IMG/VR virus record: IMGVR_UViG_3300027857_000004
Location: 8,598 to 72,597 of that record
Strand: one strand, 5' to 3'
Source: a virus
DNA length: 64,000 bases
In this document: positions 28,870 to 38,250 of the stretch, piece by piece
How positions within the stretch are numbered: position 1 is the stretch's first letter
How the letters are laid out: each line of letters opens with the position of its first letter
Made by a program: the position numbers and the translations under genes
The notes under the pieces: model-generated
The model's input: only the letters and a program-made list of their open reading frames with translations
Database searches by the model: none
What the model was told of the DNA's origin: nothing

Positions 28870-29592
28870 TCAGTAAGCCTCCGCTTCCTCACGCGTGATG
28901 AAAAAGTGAATACCACCGGAGCATTCAACACGCGGGTCCGGGTCAAAAGAAGCGGGCCTTACAACCTTCCCGACCACGTATTTAAACTCCGGGTCGTGGC
29001 TACTTGCCCCGGCGCCCGAAATGACTTTCGCATACTCAGCGCGACACTTTCGGCCAATCAAACCGCCAACTCGCTTTGCCTTTGCCGGAATCTTGAGTTT
29101 GCAAATGCTTCCGCCTGAAAGTTTCTTCCAACCAATCAAATCGCCTTCCGGAACTATCGTTTTAATGAAAAGAATATGCTCCCAATTTGTCGCGCCGCTG
29201 AGGTCCGCGCCGCTGAGGTCCGCGCCGTAGAGGTCCGCGCCGTAGAGGTCCGCGCTGCGGAGGTCCACGCTGCGGAGGTCCGCGCTGCAGAGGTCCGCGC
29301 TGCGGAGGTTCGCGCCGTAGAGGTTCGCGCTACTGAGGTTCGCGCTAATGAGGTTCGCGCTACTGAGGTCCGCGCCGTAGAGGTCCGCGCCGCTGAGGTC
29401 CGCGCCGTAGAGGTCCGCGCTGCGGAGGTCCGCGCTGCGGAGGTCCGCGCTGCGGAGGTTCGCGCTGCGGAGGTTCGCGCCGTAGAGGTCCGCCGTCGAT
29501 GCAATAGCGGCAGCAACCGCACCACCGATTGTTTCGGCATCGGTCTCAAAGATTACTTTTTCGTCCCAACGATTTTTGATTTGAATTTTCAT
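28870..29592 (-). CDS. Pentapeptide repeat protein with DUF5758-like C-terminus
   Basis: About 20 A(D/N)Lxx repeats; GWKK...KLKIP...KCRAEYA...ECSGGIHFFITREEA. Confidence 0.9.
   Translation of the reverse strand: MKIQIKNRWDEKVIFETDAETIGGAVAAAIASTADLYGANLRSANLRSADLRSADLRSADLYGADLSGADLYGADLSSANLISANLSSANLYGANLRSADLCSADLRSVDLRSADLYGADLYGADLSGADLSGATNWEHILFIKTIVPEGDLIGWKKLSGGSICKLKIPAKAKRVGGLIGRKCRAEYAKVISGAGASSHDPEFKYVVGKVVRPASFDPDPRVECSGGIHFFITREEAEAY
29193..29492. repeat. 15-bp tandem coding repeats
   Basis: gaggt(c/t)cgcgc... units encoding the pentapeptides. Confidence 0.9.
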
Positions 29593-29600
29593 GTTTGTTT

Positions 29601-29840
29601 TTAGCTAAAATACGATTCGATTAAGTGGTCACGCTCGATGCCTGTCTTCGCCTTCCGGAGACGGGTGACAAACTTTGCCGCTTTCGCCGGAGCGAGAAAC
29701 ACGGTGTTTCGGAGTTTCGCACTGTGCAACACAATCCCATCTGCTACGCTGCCCGTCCAGCTGCAATGCCGGTTGTGGTTGTCTTCCACCTTTTCAGTGG
29801 CACGATTATTCATCGCGATTATTTCAGTAAGTCCGTGCAT
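29601..29840 (-). CDS. Small early protein, paralogue of a module in the giant virion protein
   Basis: GIVLHSAKLRNTVF...LIESYF vs GLVLHSAKQRSTVF...VVESYF at 11024-11191. Confidence 0.8.
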   Translation of the reverse strand: MHGLTEIIAMNNRATEKVEDNHNRHCSWTGSVADGIVLHSAKLRNTVFLAPAKAAKFVTRLRKAKTGIERDHLIESYFS

Positions 29841-30049
29841 ATAAAATTGTTGATTCCAGATTTCATCGCTGCCGCGAATTTCGAAACGTGGCAGTTACAA
29901 GCCGGGCGAAACTCCCAGGCCGGGTGTTGCGGCGGCAGGTGCGAATTGTGCACCGTGAAAACTCGCTCTGGGCAGTCTTCGTTATGCTTGAGATTGAGCA
30001 GCACGTCGATTGCCAAGTCGGCAGGGATTAAAACGTTGTCGCTGTTCAT
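29819..30049 (-). CDS. Small hypothetical protein (Cys/His)
   Basis: 76-aa ORF in the early cluster. Confidence 0.5.
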   Translation of the reverse strand: MNSDNVLIPADLAIDVLLNLKHNEDCPERVFTVHNSHLPPQHPAWEFRPACNCHVSKFAAAMKSGINNFICTDLLK

Positions 30050-30250
30050 AACCAGTATTCGTCAATCGCCCAGGAAATTAGCACGCACATCAGCACGATG
30101 CAACCGAAAAAAGATGCGTCGGTCATGGGTCAGTCAAACAGATAATTAATTAGCCAGAACGCCAGAACTACCGAGGCGATGACCAGTGCGGGCACGACCC
30201 ACAGGGTATTGTTGATTGCGACTGCGTCGATTTGTGCGAGGGTCATAAAA

Positions 30251-30409
30251 TCAGGGAGCTTGATAAATGAGCGACGAGCGGAACAAACCGGCGCTCTCGC
30301 GAATCAGTTTGTAGCCCGCGTTCTCCAGCCGAAGCTTTTTGCGCTCAGCAGCGCGCAGACTCTTGATATCTTGCCCGTCCCACTTGACCTCAACTTGTTT
30401 TCTATTCAT
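30251..30409 (-). CDS. Small leaderless early protein (52 aa, MNRKQVEVKW...)
   Basis: Hand translation; ATG 6 nt after TTGACA-16-TATTCT. Confidence 0.6.
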   Translation of the reverse strand: MNRKQVEVKWDGQDIKSLRAAERKKLRLENAGYKLIRESAGLFRSSLIYQAP

Positions 30410-30415
30410 GCCAAA

Positions 30416-30449
30416 AGAATATCACACCTCGCGAAACTGTCAACAGTTT
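30416..30449 (-). promoter_or_regulatory. Strong host sigma70 promoter with palindromic operator over the -35 box
   Basis: TTGACA (30443-30438), TGaTATTCT; AAACTG-TTGA-CAGTTT dyad. Confidence 0.7.
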
Positions 30450-30452
30450 GTT

Positions 30453-31946
30453 TTAGTCTATTTGTAAGTTGTTGGGAATCAGGTCATTGTCGAGCAGCGC
30501 ATCCAGATTATTCAGCTTCGCTGCGAGTGCTCTGCGCATCGGCACCTCGACCGATTTCGCCGCGAAAATCACCCGGTAATATGCAGCCGATTTGCCGCCA
30601 TCGCGAGCAAGGCGACCGAATAACTGCCTCATCGCGGTTGCTGAGTCGGATGGAAACACGATACCCACTCTTGGAGAGTCGCCAGTTAAATCGTGAAGCG
30701 AAAGAGATTCCCGGCCAGCTTGATTGTTCACTATTAGCTCGCGGAATTTGTTGGCCTGAAAATCGTCCACAATCTGCTGGCGGTTTTTTGTGTTGTTCCC
30801 GTCGATTATGCGAGCGTTCGGAAATCGTTTAAACAGCTCATCAATTGTGGCGCGAAAATTCACGAAGAACGCGACCGAGTTTCCTTTTTCAATATAATCC
30901 TGGCCCAACTCAGCGGCTACCCCAATTTTCAAAAGTTCGATGAGCTGCCTTGCGCGTAGCCTTTTTGTCAAAGGCAATTCCGGGTTAATGTCTAGCGAAG
31001 CGCGTTCCTGCAGCTTCGAGTAAGAGTCCGCAATATCGGCATACAGCGCGTTGAGAGCTTCGGTGTCCTTGTCCGGCAGCGTGTATAGTTCAGCCGAAAT
31101 ATGCCGTTCGGGAAAATCGGGTATGTCTTTTTCTGAAAGTCTAACGCCGCGCATCTGAGTCCGAATGTCCGCCATGATAGCGAGCTGGTCGGCCTGGGAC
31201 GCTTGCCATGCCCAGCCTCGCATGGGCACACGACGGCAGCCTTTTCGATAGGCCCAGTTATCGAAGTTGGCTAAGCCATGCAAGCCGAGAAGATAACCCA
31301 GCGCGCGCATCTGGAGTGGCGAGTTAGCAGGAGTGGCGGACAGCGCTAGCGTCATAATGCCTTGCCGTTTGGCGGCAATCATCATTTCCGCGTTTAAACT
31401 GTCATTCGCGGCGCGATGACATTCGTCTAGGATGATAAACTTAACACCAGGATGAAACTGAAAGCGACCGTAACGGTGCGGGCGAACTTTAGTTTGAACG
31501 CAGTGCGTGCCAAACCTGTGGTGAGGGCAAGCCATGAATTTCTCCGCCTGCATTTCTACAACCCGCAGGCAAACGACGCATTGAAAAAATTCTCTTTGCG
31601 TCTTCGAAAGCGGTAAGCCCCCGCTCCACGAACCCAAACTTGTTCTCCCGCTGCGCAACATTTCCCAGCTGAGTATGGTGCAAGTGTCGCCGAAATGTGA
31701 AAAAGCTCTCTTCCATGACTCTACAGAAATCGCCGGAACAACTGCCAAAGTTGGCACGTTAAGATATACAGCCGCGGCTGCAGCTGTGTAACTTTTTCCC
31801 GCACCAGTCGAACTTGTGTCAATAGCTGCCCCATGCTGTTTGAGAATTTCAATGAGCTGTTCAGCTGGCTTGATTTGCCAAGGCCGGAGTTTCTGGGAAA
31901 TTTGGGCAGGCAAAAGCCCCCCAATATCGTTTAGCGGCGTCATCAT
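30453..31946 (-). CDS. SF2 (DExH) helicase with Zn-finger insertion
   Basis: LRPWQ, STGAGKS, ILDECH, LSATP, QLFGRLAR; CxxC..C...C insertion. Confidence 0.9.
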   Translation of the reverse strand: MMTPLNDIGGLLPAQISQKLRPWQIKPAEQLIEILKQHGAAIDTSSTGAGKSYTAAAAAVYLNVPTLAVVPAISVESWKRAFSHFGDTCTILSWEMLRSGRTSLGSWSGGLPLSKTQREFFQCVVCLRVVEMQAEKFMACPHHRFGTHCVQTKVRPHRYGRFQFHPGVKFIILDECHRAANDSLNAEMMIAAKRQGIMTLALSATPANSPLQMRALGYLLGLHGLANFDNWAYRKGCRRVPMRGWAWQASQADQLAIMADIRTQMRGVRLSEKDIPDFPERHISAELYTLPDKDTEALNALYADIADSYSKLQERASLDINPELPLTKRLRARQLIELLKIGVAAELGQDYIEKGNSVAFFVNFRATIDELFKRFPNARIIDGNNTKNRQQIVDDFQANKFRELIVNNQAGRESLSLHDLTGDSPRVGIVFPSDSATAMRQLFGRLARDGGKSAAYYRVIFAAKSVEVPMRRALAAKLNNLDALLDNDLIPNNLQID

Positions 31947-32376
31947 AGGCTCGCGCTGCTTCCTCTTCTGAACAGAAGTATCCTACATCTATCCATTTGT
32001 AATTTACCGTAATCCTAGAACGCCATTTATTGCAATTAGGCGCCCAGGAGACTCCTTTAAATCGGCTCGAAGTGGCACCCTTTTCTTTCCCTCTGTTCGC
32101 GCCGTTCTGAGCCGTGGTTGCTTTTCTAAGATTGTATCGCTGGTTGTTTAAACTGTTTCGGTCTTCGTGGTCGACCTTTACGCCAGAAGGAACCTGTAAA
32201 ATCTCTCGGTGCATCTGGAACTGCAAGCTTCGTCCAAGTTCTGGAAAATATTCTCCTCGACACGCGTATAATCTTCCCCTGGAGTTACGCACTTGCCATT
32301 TCCATTGCATCAGCCAATCGTAATCGGCGTCATCCACCAGCGCGACCTGACCCTGAGTTAAAGGAATTTCTTTCAT
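31861..32376 (-). CDS. HNH-AP2 homing endonuclease
   Basis: IPLTQGQ.ALVDDAD, VDHEDRNSLNNQRYNLR, SRFKGV, AARAYD. Confidence 0.9.
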   Translation of the reverse strand: MKEIPLTQGQVALVDDADYDWLMQWKWQVRNSRGRLYACRGEYFPELGRSLQFQMHREILQVPSGVKVDHEDRNSLNNQRYNLRKATTAQNGANRGKEKGATSSRFKGVSWAPNCNKWRSRITVNYKWIDVGYFCSEEEAARAYDDAAKRYWGAFACPNFPETPALANQAS

Positions 32377-32714
32377 GAGATTTTGATTTTTCGGCTAACT
32401 CTGAACGCATTGAATTCTTGCTGTTGCTTCGTCAGTTGTGCTAAAAAATATTCTCCATCGCTCTGCGTCCGGAAACGAAAAGGAAACGGGTCGGCGGCCC
32501 AGCCCGTCCCACTCTTGGGCTGAATCCTAAGCTCCCACACCGCGTCGAGCCACTCCTGGTTCGGTAGCGCGCATTCTCGTCCCAGGCATTTACGCATGAC
32601 GAACGGCGGTATCGGTCCCGCGTGCTTGCGAGACGTTGCCCAGGAGAATGCGGGACACGCTGCGATGGCACTCACAGCGAGACAGACCGACTTGAAAAAA
32701 CTTCTGCGGTTCAT
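32373..32714 (-). CDS. Protein with twin-arginine (Tat) signal-like N-terminus
   Basis: MNRRSFFKSVCLAVSAIAACPAFSWA; TGATG coupling with the upstream gene. Confidence 0.6.
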   Translation of the reverse strand: MNRRSFFKSVCLAVSAIAACPAFSWATSRKHAGPIPPFVMRKCLGRECALPNQEWLDAVWELRIQPKSGTGWAADPFPFRFRTQSDGEYFLAQLTKQQQEFNAFRVSRKIKIS

Positions 32715-33235
32715 CAGAACGGGATATCGGAAAACCGAGAACACTTTGGTCCGTGCATCTTTCCTGGCGAAGAGCCGCACTCCTGGCAATAGCTTTCCAC
32801 CCGCTCAACGCAAGGGCTCGGATAGCCCGGCATAAGGTCGGCGCATACCGGGCACAGCGGGCTGCACGACACTGGTGCGGTGGTGGCTGCCGCCTTCTCT
32901 GCTTCAAGTTCTTTCTGAAGCAGCGCAAGGGCTCGCCATGCCATCTTCGCACTGTGCCGGGTGCCATCCTTGTCGAGATTGCCTCGTTGCAGGAAATGGC
33001 GGAGAAGAGTATCGGCCTCGTCACCTGACTTCGTCCGGTCCCAGTGCAGCGGCTTGCCGGTATTGTGCTGCTCGTTGCCGATGTAGGAGACATTCGCCAC
33101 GACCGCACACGCATCGGGGAAGTAATCTAATAGGCCGGAGGCAACTGGAAATTTTTTACGCTCGGCGGCTGAATCCGGAAGCACGGTCGCGCGAGTCGGG
33201 GCGCCGCCAATACCTGGGCATGATTCGTTACTCAT
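32714..33235 (-). CDS. dATP/dGTP diphosphohydrolase-domain protein (DUF5664-like)
   Basis: YFPDA...VS..GN..HN...W.....AD.LLRH...RHSAKMAWRALALL. Confidence 0.75.
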   Translation of the reverse strand: MSNESCPGIGGAPTRATVLPDSAAERKKFPVASGLLDYFPDACAVVANVSYIGNEQHNTGKPLHWDRTKSGDEADTLLRHFLQRGNLDKDGTRHSAKMAWRALALLQKELEAEKAAATTAPVSCSPLCPVCADLMPGYPSPCVERVESYCQECGSSPGKMHGPKCSRFSDIPF

Positions 33236-33693
33236 GGTCTTTTCCTCAACTGATATTTTCCATCTTTCGAAATCTTAACATACCAGATGTCCAGGTCGAA
33301 CCGTTTTGCAATCTCAATTTCGGCTTGCACACCTGTCGATTCTTTCCAGCCCGGTATCGTCAACACGATGAGCATGTCGGATACGAAAAGGAAATCGGTA
33401 TCGATTTTCTGCCAGAATCCCCAGTCACCTTGCATCCCGGCGAGGTGAAGCGCGTGCGAGTGGATAATTGGCGAAAACACATTCAGCTTGTGATTCTCCA
33501 TCAGCCACTTCGCCGCCTTGACTGCCTCGTCGCACCGCATCGACTTGACTTCGTTGTCGGTGCAATGAACGAAATGAGTTACATGCAGCCCGCGCCGAAC
33601 TGGAGAATACGGTGAAGCTAGATACGCGAGCGGGAAGTTTTTCACCCCCATTACTAAGTGCGGTGCTAGCGGGTCCATGACTCCGTTCCTCAT
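33232..33693 (-). CDS. DUF1937-like (nucleoside deoxyribosyltransferase-fold) protein
   Basis: YLASPYS, FSPIIHSH, GWKESTGVQAEIEIA. Confidence 0.8.
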   Translation of the reverse strand: MRNGVMDPLAPHLVMGVKNFPLAYLASPYSPVRRGLHVTHFVHCTDNEVKSMRCDEAVKAAKWLMENHKLNVFSPIIHSHALHLAGMQGDWGFWQKIDTDFLFVSDMLIVLTIPGWKESTGVQAEIEIAKRFDLDIWYVKISKDGKYQLRKRP

Positions 33694-33881
33694 GACATTT
33701 CGGCAACTTTTTTGCGCAGCTCATCGACCGCTTGGTTCGCCACACTCGCAGCTGCCGGAGCGATGCCGTAGTGATGAAGGCAAGCGATAAAGGCATGCTT
33801 CCAGAAGTCGATTTCTCCTGGCACTTGCGCCTGACGCTTTTCATAACCTTCGGGAAGCTCAATTACGGATTTGTTTGACAT
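33690..33881 (-). CDS. Small hypothetical protein
   Basis: 63 aa, coupled to the next gene. Confidence 0.55.
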   Translation of the reverse strand: MSNKSVIELPEGYEKRQAQVPGEIDFWKHAFIACLHHYGIAPAAASVANQAVDELRKKVAEMS

Positions 33882-33893
33882 ATTTTTTTAATG

Positions 33894-34364
33894 TTAGAAG
33901 TTGGTGACTGCAAACTCTCGATACATTTTGCGGGCAGCGGCATCGTAAGCCTTGGCCGCATCAACCTCGCTTGAAAAGCTGCCTAAATATAGGCGTTGCC
34001 CGTCTGCGTAAATGCGCGCCATCCACTGTTCCCGATAACTATGGACTCCCTTATACTGGCTTGAACACCCGCTTCGTTTCCTTCGGTTTCTGTTATTTTG
34101 CGAGAAAGTGGCTGGGCGCAAGTTGTGCCGTTGATTGTCTAACCCGTTTCTGTTTTGATGGTCCACTCGCGGGCACCCCGGAAGCAAAACGCTATGCATT
34201 CCAATCGTGGTTTGCTTTCGCGTAATAGGGTCACGCGGCGACTTGCGAGAGGCATAGAACGTGTTGTCAGCCTTTATCGCATGCCAGTTCCACTGGCTCA
34301 GCCAATCAAAATCGGCATCGTCCACTAGGGCAAACTGACCTTGAGTGAGCGGAATCCGTTTCAT
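33894..34364 (-). CDS. HNH-AP2 homing endonuclease
   Basis: MKRIPLTQGQFALVDD, VDHQNRNGLDNQRHNLR, SQYKGV, AAKAYD. Confidence 0.9.
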   Translation of the reverse strand: MKRIPLTQGQFALVDDADFDWLSQWNWHAIKADNTFYASRKSPRDPITRKQTTIGMHSVLLPGCPRVDHQNRNGLDNQRHNLRPATFSQNNRNRRKRSGCSSQYKGVHSYREQWMARIYADGQRLYLGSFSSEVDAAKAYDAAARKMYREFAVTNF

Positions 34365-34720
34365 TGAACCCGAGGCACAATTGTTTTCTCGACGATTTTG
34401 CCACCCTTCTCGTCCGCCTTGCGGCTGGTCTTGTCGTATTCGCCAGCGTTGCGGTTGCGTTCGAGTGGCCAATATTCCTGTGGGATAGCATCCGGCCTTG
34501 AATCAGCCGGTGTGTTCTTCTTTGATTTCTTCATAATATGTTAATTCACTCATTTGGTAAAACGCTCAACACGTCCCAGTCTTCCATTGACTTTTCTGTT
34601 TCGCTGACCACATAACTCCACGGGTCTTCGCTCGCCTGACTGGCGGTGCAGTTGTCGCACACAAGCTCTTTGATGCCCGTGCAGCGAATTTTGACTATGT
34701 GGCTTTTGTCGCCGGGCATG

Positions 34721-34972
34721 TCAGTTTCCTTCCAGTGAAGCGGGCATCTGGCTGCCGTCGCATGAATGCTTCGGTGGTAGCGCAGCAACGAGGTCAAGAA
34801 AAGCCTGGATAGCGGCGTCTGCCTTTGCAACAGCTTGCTCAACAGTAGGTGTCACGGTGACGCTACCAAAGCAATTAGTAGGATTGATAATAGTCTGGGT
34901 GCGGGCAAGCTCGCTCGTCACGATGTCGCGCCACCAGGCTTGAAGCTCCGGATATTTTGAAAGATTAATCAT
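34721..34972 (-). CDS. Hypothetical protein
   Basis: 83 aa, ATGA-coupled. Confidence 0.5.
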   Translation of the reverse strand: MINLSKYPELQAWWRDIVTSELARTQTIINPTNCFGSVTVTPTVEQAVAKADAAIQAFLDLVAALPPKHSCDGSQMPASLEGN

Positions 34973-35961
34973 ATAACCATTAAAGATTCTACGACAGTTT
35001 CGGGTGCGGACACAACTTCTTTCCTGAACTGGTCCGGCGTCATCAAGCGGTCCGTGGCTGGCATCTTGGCCGGTTCGTCCATCCAGATTACACGGAGACG
35101 TGGCTTGCCATTACGCTGCTGAGATAGCTGCTTCGACACTTCGTTGTCGAGGTGCGTAGTCAGCGCGTTAGACGCACCGCCGGAGCCGACTGCGTGATAG
35201 TGAACGAACCCAGCTGCCTCAAGCGCTTTGAATTCAGCTGACGTTTGGACACCTACAACAATCGATTGACCTTGTGTGGCAGGAATGCTACCGAGAATCA
35301 AGCCAGCCCAGAAACCGGCGGTGCCGAAATCGGCGAACGTTTTTCGAATCAGGCCGAGCAGCAGCAAACGTTCGAGAGTGTAAGGCGCCGATTGCGATTG
35401 AATACCTTCGCCCCAGGCACGAAAAGGCGCCACCAAAGAGGCGGGCGGTTCGCCTTTGAGCTGGCAGGTCGACTTGAGCACTTCGGCTGCCGTCTTATTC
35501 AAGCTGACGACTGCAGTCGAAACAGGCAGGTTGACTAACAGCCGCTCAATACCGGCGTTGCCGCCAATGCGACCGGTCACGAAAATCTTGGGCAGGAACT
35601 GAACGGGCGCGGGCGACACGGAATCCACGGCTTGTTCAGTCTCGTTTACAGCAACAGAGGTAGGACCAGCCACAATCGGGGCAGATACCTGGGACGGTTG
35701 GCCTGCAGAGGAAGCTGCCAACTCCTTGAAAGCGCGCGCGACTTCGGCTTTTGATTCCGGCGCGAGCACCATTCGCTCCGCGTCGTCCGGTGTCGCCGGG
35801 TTGTTTAGCTGCGCCACGATTGACCGCAGAGTTGCGACGTCCGCGCTGTGCCCGTGCAGTGTCTTCGGCACTACCGCTTTTTGCGTGCCCAGACCTAGTT
35901 CTGCATCGGCAGGAAGGTTTGGGTTGATTGAAAACTTTTCTCTTTCTTGTTCGGTGGGCAT
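34969..35961 (-). CDS. Hypothetical protein, possibly a degenerate dNMP-kinase-like P-loop fold
   Basis: KIFVTGRIGG...; F..FW; IVVGVQT.AE resembles the dNMP kinase layout but lacks GK. Confidence 0.4.
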   Translation of the reverse strand: MPTEQEREKFSINPNLPADAELGLGTQKAVVPKTLHGHSADVATLRSIVAQLNNPATPDDAERMVLAPESKAEVARAFKELAASSAGQPSQVSAPIVAGPTSVAVNETEQAVDSVSPAPVQFLPKIFVTGRIGGNAGIERLLVNLPVSTAVVSLNKTAAEVLKSTCQLKGEPPASLVAPFRAWGEGIQSQSAPYTLERLLLLGLIRKTFADFGTAGFWAGLILGSIPATQGQSIVVGVQTSAEFKALEAAGFVHYHAVGSGGASNALTTHLDNEVSKQLSQQRNGKPRLRVIWMDEPAKMPATDRLMTPDQFRKEVVSAPETVVESLMVI

Positions 35962-35965
35962 ACAT

Positions 35966-36439
35966 TTACAGAGCTTTGATTAAACGGGAGTCAGCTTCGC
36001 TTTTCAGCGCAGCCATGAAAACATCACACGCGACGGCCTTACGATTTAACATTTCGATTGCCTGCTCAAGCAGCCGCTTCGCAGCTGGTGACGAACCGCC
36101 GAGGATTTCCAGCCGGGCGGCTTGTTTCTTGAGTAGCCTGTCGATAGTGACGCGGCTCGAAAAGGTTCGCTTTGCCCATTTCGCCAACTGTGATGCATTC
36201 GCTTTGCGGCAGCGGTCCGCACAGTTCTGAGCGAATGATTTCGGTTCGAGTGTTGAGCAGAAAATTCCATCTGCCCGGGCAAGGTGGCAGTTCTTGCGAA
36301 GGCGCATTGTCAGGCGAGCACCTGGAGCACACAGCAATTCGGTGGCGACTTCGGCTGGCATCTGGTCGGGCAGCTCGATTACGCCGCGGTTTTGAGGAAT
36401 CGGTTTGGACTTTTTGTTTTTGTTGAGGTGTCGATTCAT
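35966..36439 (-). CDS. Hypothetical protein
   Basis: ORF in the leftward operon. Confidence 0.55.
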   Translation of the reverse strand: MNRHLNKNKKSKPIPQNRGVIELPDQMPAEVATELLCAPGARLTMRLRKNCHLARADGIFCSTLEPKSFAQNCADRCRKANASQLAKWAKRTFSSRVTIDRLLKKQAARLEILGGSSPAAKRLLEQAIEMLNRKAVACDVFMAALKSEADSRLIKAL

Positions 36440-36765
36440 ATTTGTATCTTGGCCCATTTAGCAACGATTTTGGTTATGGCTTTTCGCATTCTTCGTTTTA
36501 CCGGATTTCCGATTGACTTCGGCTCAACAGAAAAAATATCTGTCAGCACTGCACAAATAATTTTCTGATTGTGCAGCCTAGCGAGTTGGTTCATGCTAGT
36601 GCCCGGCAGAATCAGACGCTTTAGTTCCATCGTCTCGAAACACAACGTCCTGGTTTGATTCTACTTCGGCTGCCTGCTCTTCAGCAGAGTAAACTCTGCC
36701 GCCATCGTCTTTATTGGAACCGTCATTTGGGTTGTTCATTTGTTTTGTGTCTTTCTTTGTTTGTT

Positions 36766-37116
36766 CTACCTAGTTTGTTCATGGTCATTCGGATTGAACT
36801 GTAAATCGATTGGCCGGTCAGCGCGAGTGGCAGCTGGATACGTGCCATTGAAAATTCGACCCACGGAAACATTAAAGGTCTCCCAAATGCGAGTGTGCGG
36901 TCGAAAATAAAGGTCACCTTCTTCGATTAGTTCGCCCTTCACTAAATGGCGACACCCAATTGGAGGTGGCTCGGGTCGCTTGCCCTTCCAATCGATAGCG
37001 TCGAAATTCCGCCTGTAACTCTCATTCAGTGGGCTGCGGGATTTGTCACCCTTGCCTGCGGTTCGGTGGTTGTTGTCGAACAAATCGCGGCGGTTCGATA
37101 TGTGGCGGCTACTCAT
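36766..37116 (-). CDS. Hypothetical protein
   Basis: AGKGDKSR...YRRNFDAIDW segment seen in small phage proteins. Confidence 0.5.
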   Translation of the reverse strand: MSSRHISNRRDLFDNNHRTAGKGDKSRSPLNESYRRNFDAIDWKGKRPEPPPIGCRHLVKGELIEEGDLYFRPHTRIWETFNVSVGRIFNGTYPAATRADRPIDLQFNPNDHEQTR

Positions 37117-37612
37117 ATCTAAGTGTGCGTTTACAAGTCGGACAAGTGCGGCTATCGCACCGTTGTTCAGCGAAGCATATCGCTTCAACTTCTCGGTCCC
37201 ACTTGTCTGGAGTCATGCAGTCTACGAAGTCAGTTAGAAAACTCCCAGCCGGTATGCCAGAGAACAATACAGTGACCGATTGACCTTGCAGGTCAGGCGG
37301 GATTTTCGTTTTCAGGAACGGATACACAGTCTCAACTGATACCCAATTAGTAGTCATTTGAGCCGGGAACCAGCGAAGCAGCCAGCCAGGAAAATAGGTC
37401 TGCTTGAAACTGTCCCACCAAGTGCGCGGAGTTTCATACTGATACGGCTTCTGCTGCTCAGCGACAATCTGGGCGCGAAGAGTGCGAACAAGTCGTCGCC
37501 CCTCGCGGTCCCAGCTCTCTCCGCATTCATACTGCGAGTTGAACAACGTGACACCGATTGACCGCAAGTCGAGCGTGACTCTGCCGATTGAATTGAAAAA
37601 CGATTTACTCAT
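37109..37612 (-). CDS. Hypothetical protein
   Basis: PRTWWDSFKQTYFP.WLLRWFP motif. Confidence 0.55.
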   Translation of the reverse strand: MSKSFFNSIGRVTLDLRSIGVTLFNSQYECGESWDREGRRLVRTLRAQIVAEQQKPYQYETPRTWWDSFKQTYFPGWLLRWFPAQMTTNWVSVETVYPFLKTKIPPDLQGQSVTVLFSGIPAGSFLTDFVDCMTPDKWDREVEAICFAEQRCDSRTCPTCKRTLRYE

Positions 37613-37824
37613 TAGCGGAGTTAACGAACAATGAGAGAACGTAAAACCATCAGAGCCCACAATCCGAAAACTACCGTCCAATAATGCAGGGCAGGGAGAC
37701 CGAAAACTGCAACAGCAACGCAAACCTGAGAGCGATGGAGAAAATGACAATCAGCGGCGCCAGGAGACCGGCGGCACCTCCAGTTGCAGACAGACCGATA
37801 GTCGTTTTGACTTTCTCGATTAGA

Positions 37825-38136
37825 TTAGTCACGGGGCGCCTCCTCCTTCTCGGCTGCGGCTGCCACAGCTTGTTCATGAAGCTGCTTCATCCCGTTGACG
37901 CGGTTCAGAATCGCGCCAACCGAATTGATGAGCGGCTCATACTCAGTGCGGACGGCGAACCAGCACGCGAGTAAGACGCTGGCATGCTCGTAGAGGGCAG
38001 TCCGGACATACGAGTCCAGGCCAGCTTTTTCAGCATCGCTTGTCTTCGTGAGAATCTTTTGCGCGCTGAGTGCGTTCAGTTTGTTCACCGCGTTAATCAA
38101 ATCGCGGCCTTCGTTCAGTTCGAGAGGTTTGTTCAT
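37825..38136 (-). CDS. Hypothetical protein
   Basis: 103-aa helical ORF. Confidence 0.55.
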   Translation of the reverse strand: MNKPLELNEGRDLINAVNKLNALSAQKILTKTSDAEKAGLDSYVRTALYEHASVLLACWFAVRTEYEPLINSVGAILNRVNGMKQLHEQAVAAAAEKEEAPRD

Positions 38137-38250
38137 AGCCAGAATTTGTTGTCTTTGTCTGCGTGTGTGCTGCTGAAATCTTTGCCGGTCGGACAAAATC
38201 CTGCGGGTGCGGGTCGTTCACGCAATCCGGTTTGTTTCATAACGAGAGAA

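Noticed and set aside
29154-29604. Alternative-frame repeat ORFs (ARTSA, EVRAA) or a CRISPR-like array
   Set aside because: 15-bp contiguous repeats without spacers; shadows of the pentapeptide gene.
32714-33235. Z-genome (2-aminoadenine) pathway suggested by the DUF5664-like gene
   Set aside because: No PurZ-like gene recognised in the window.
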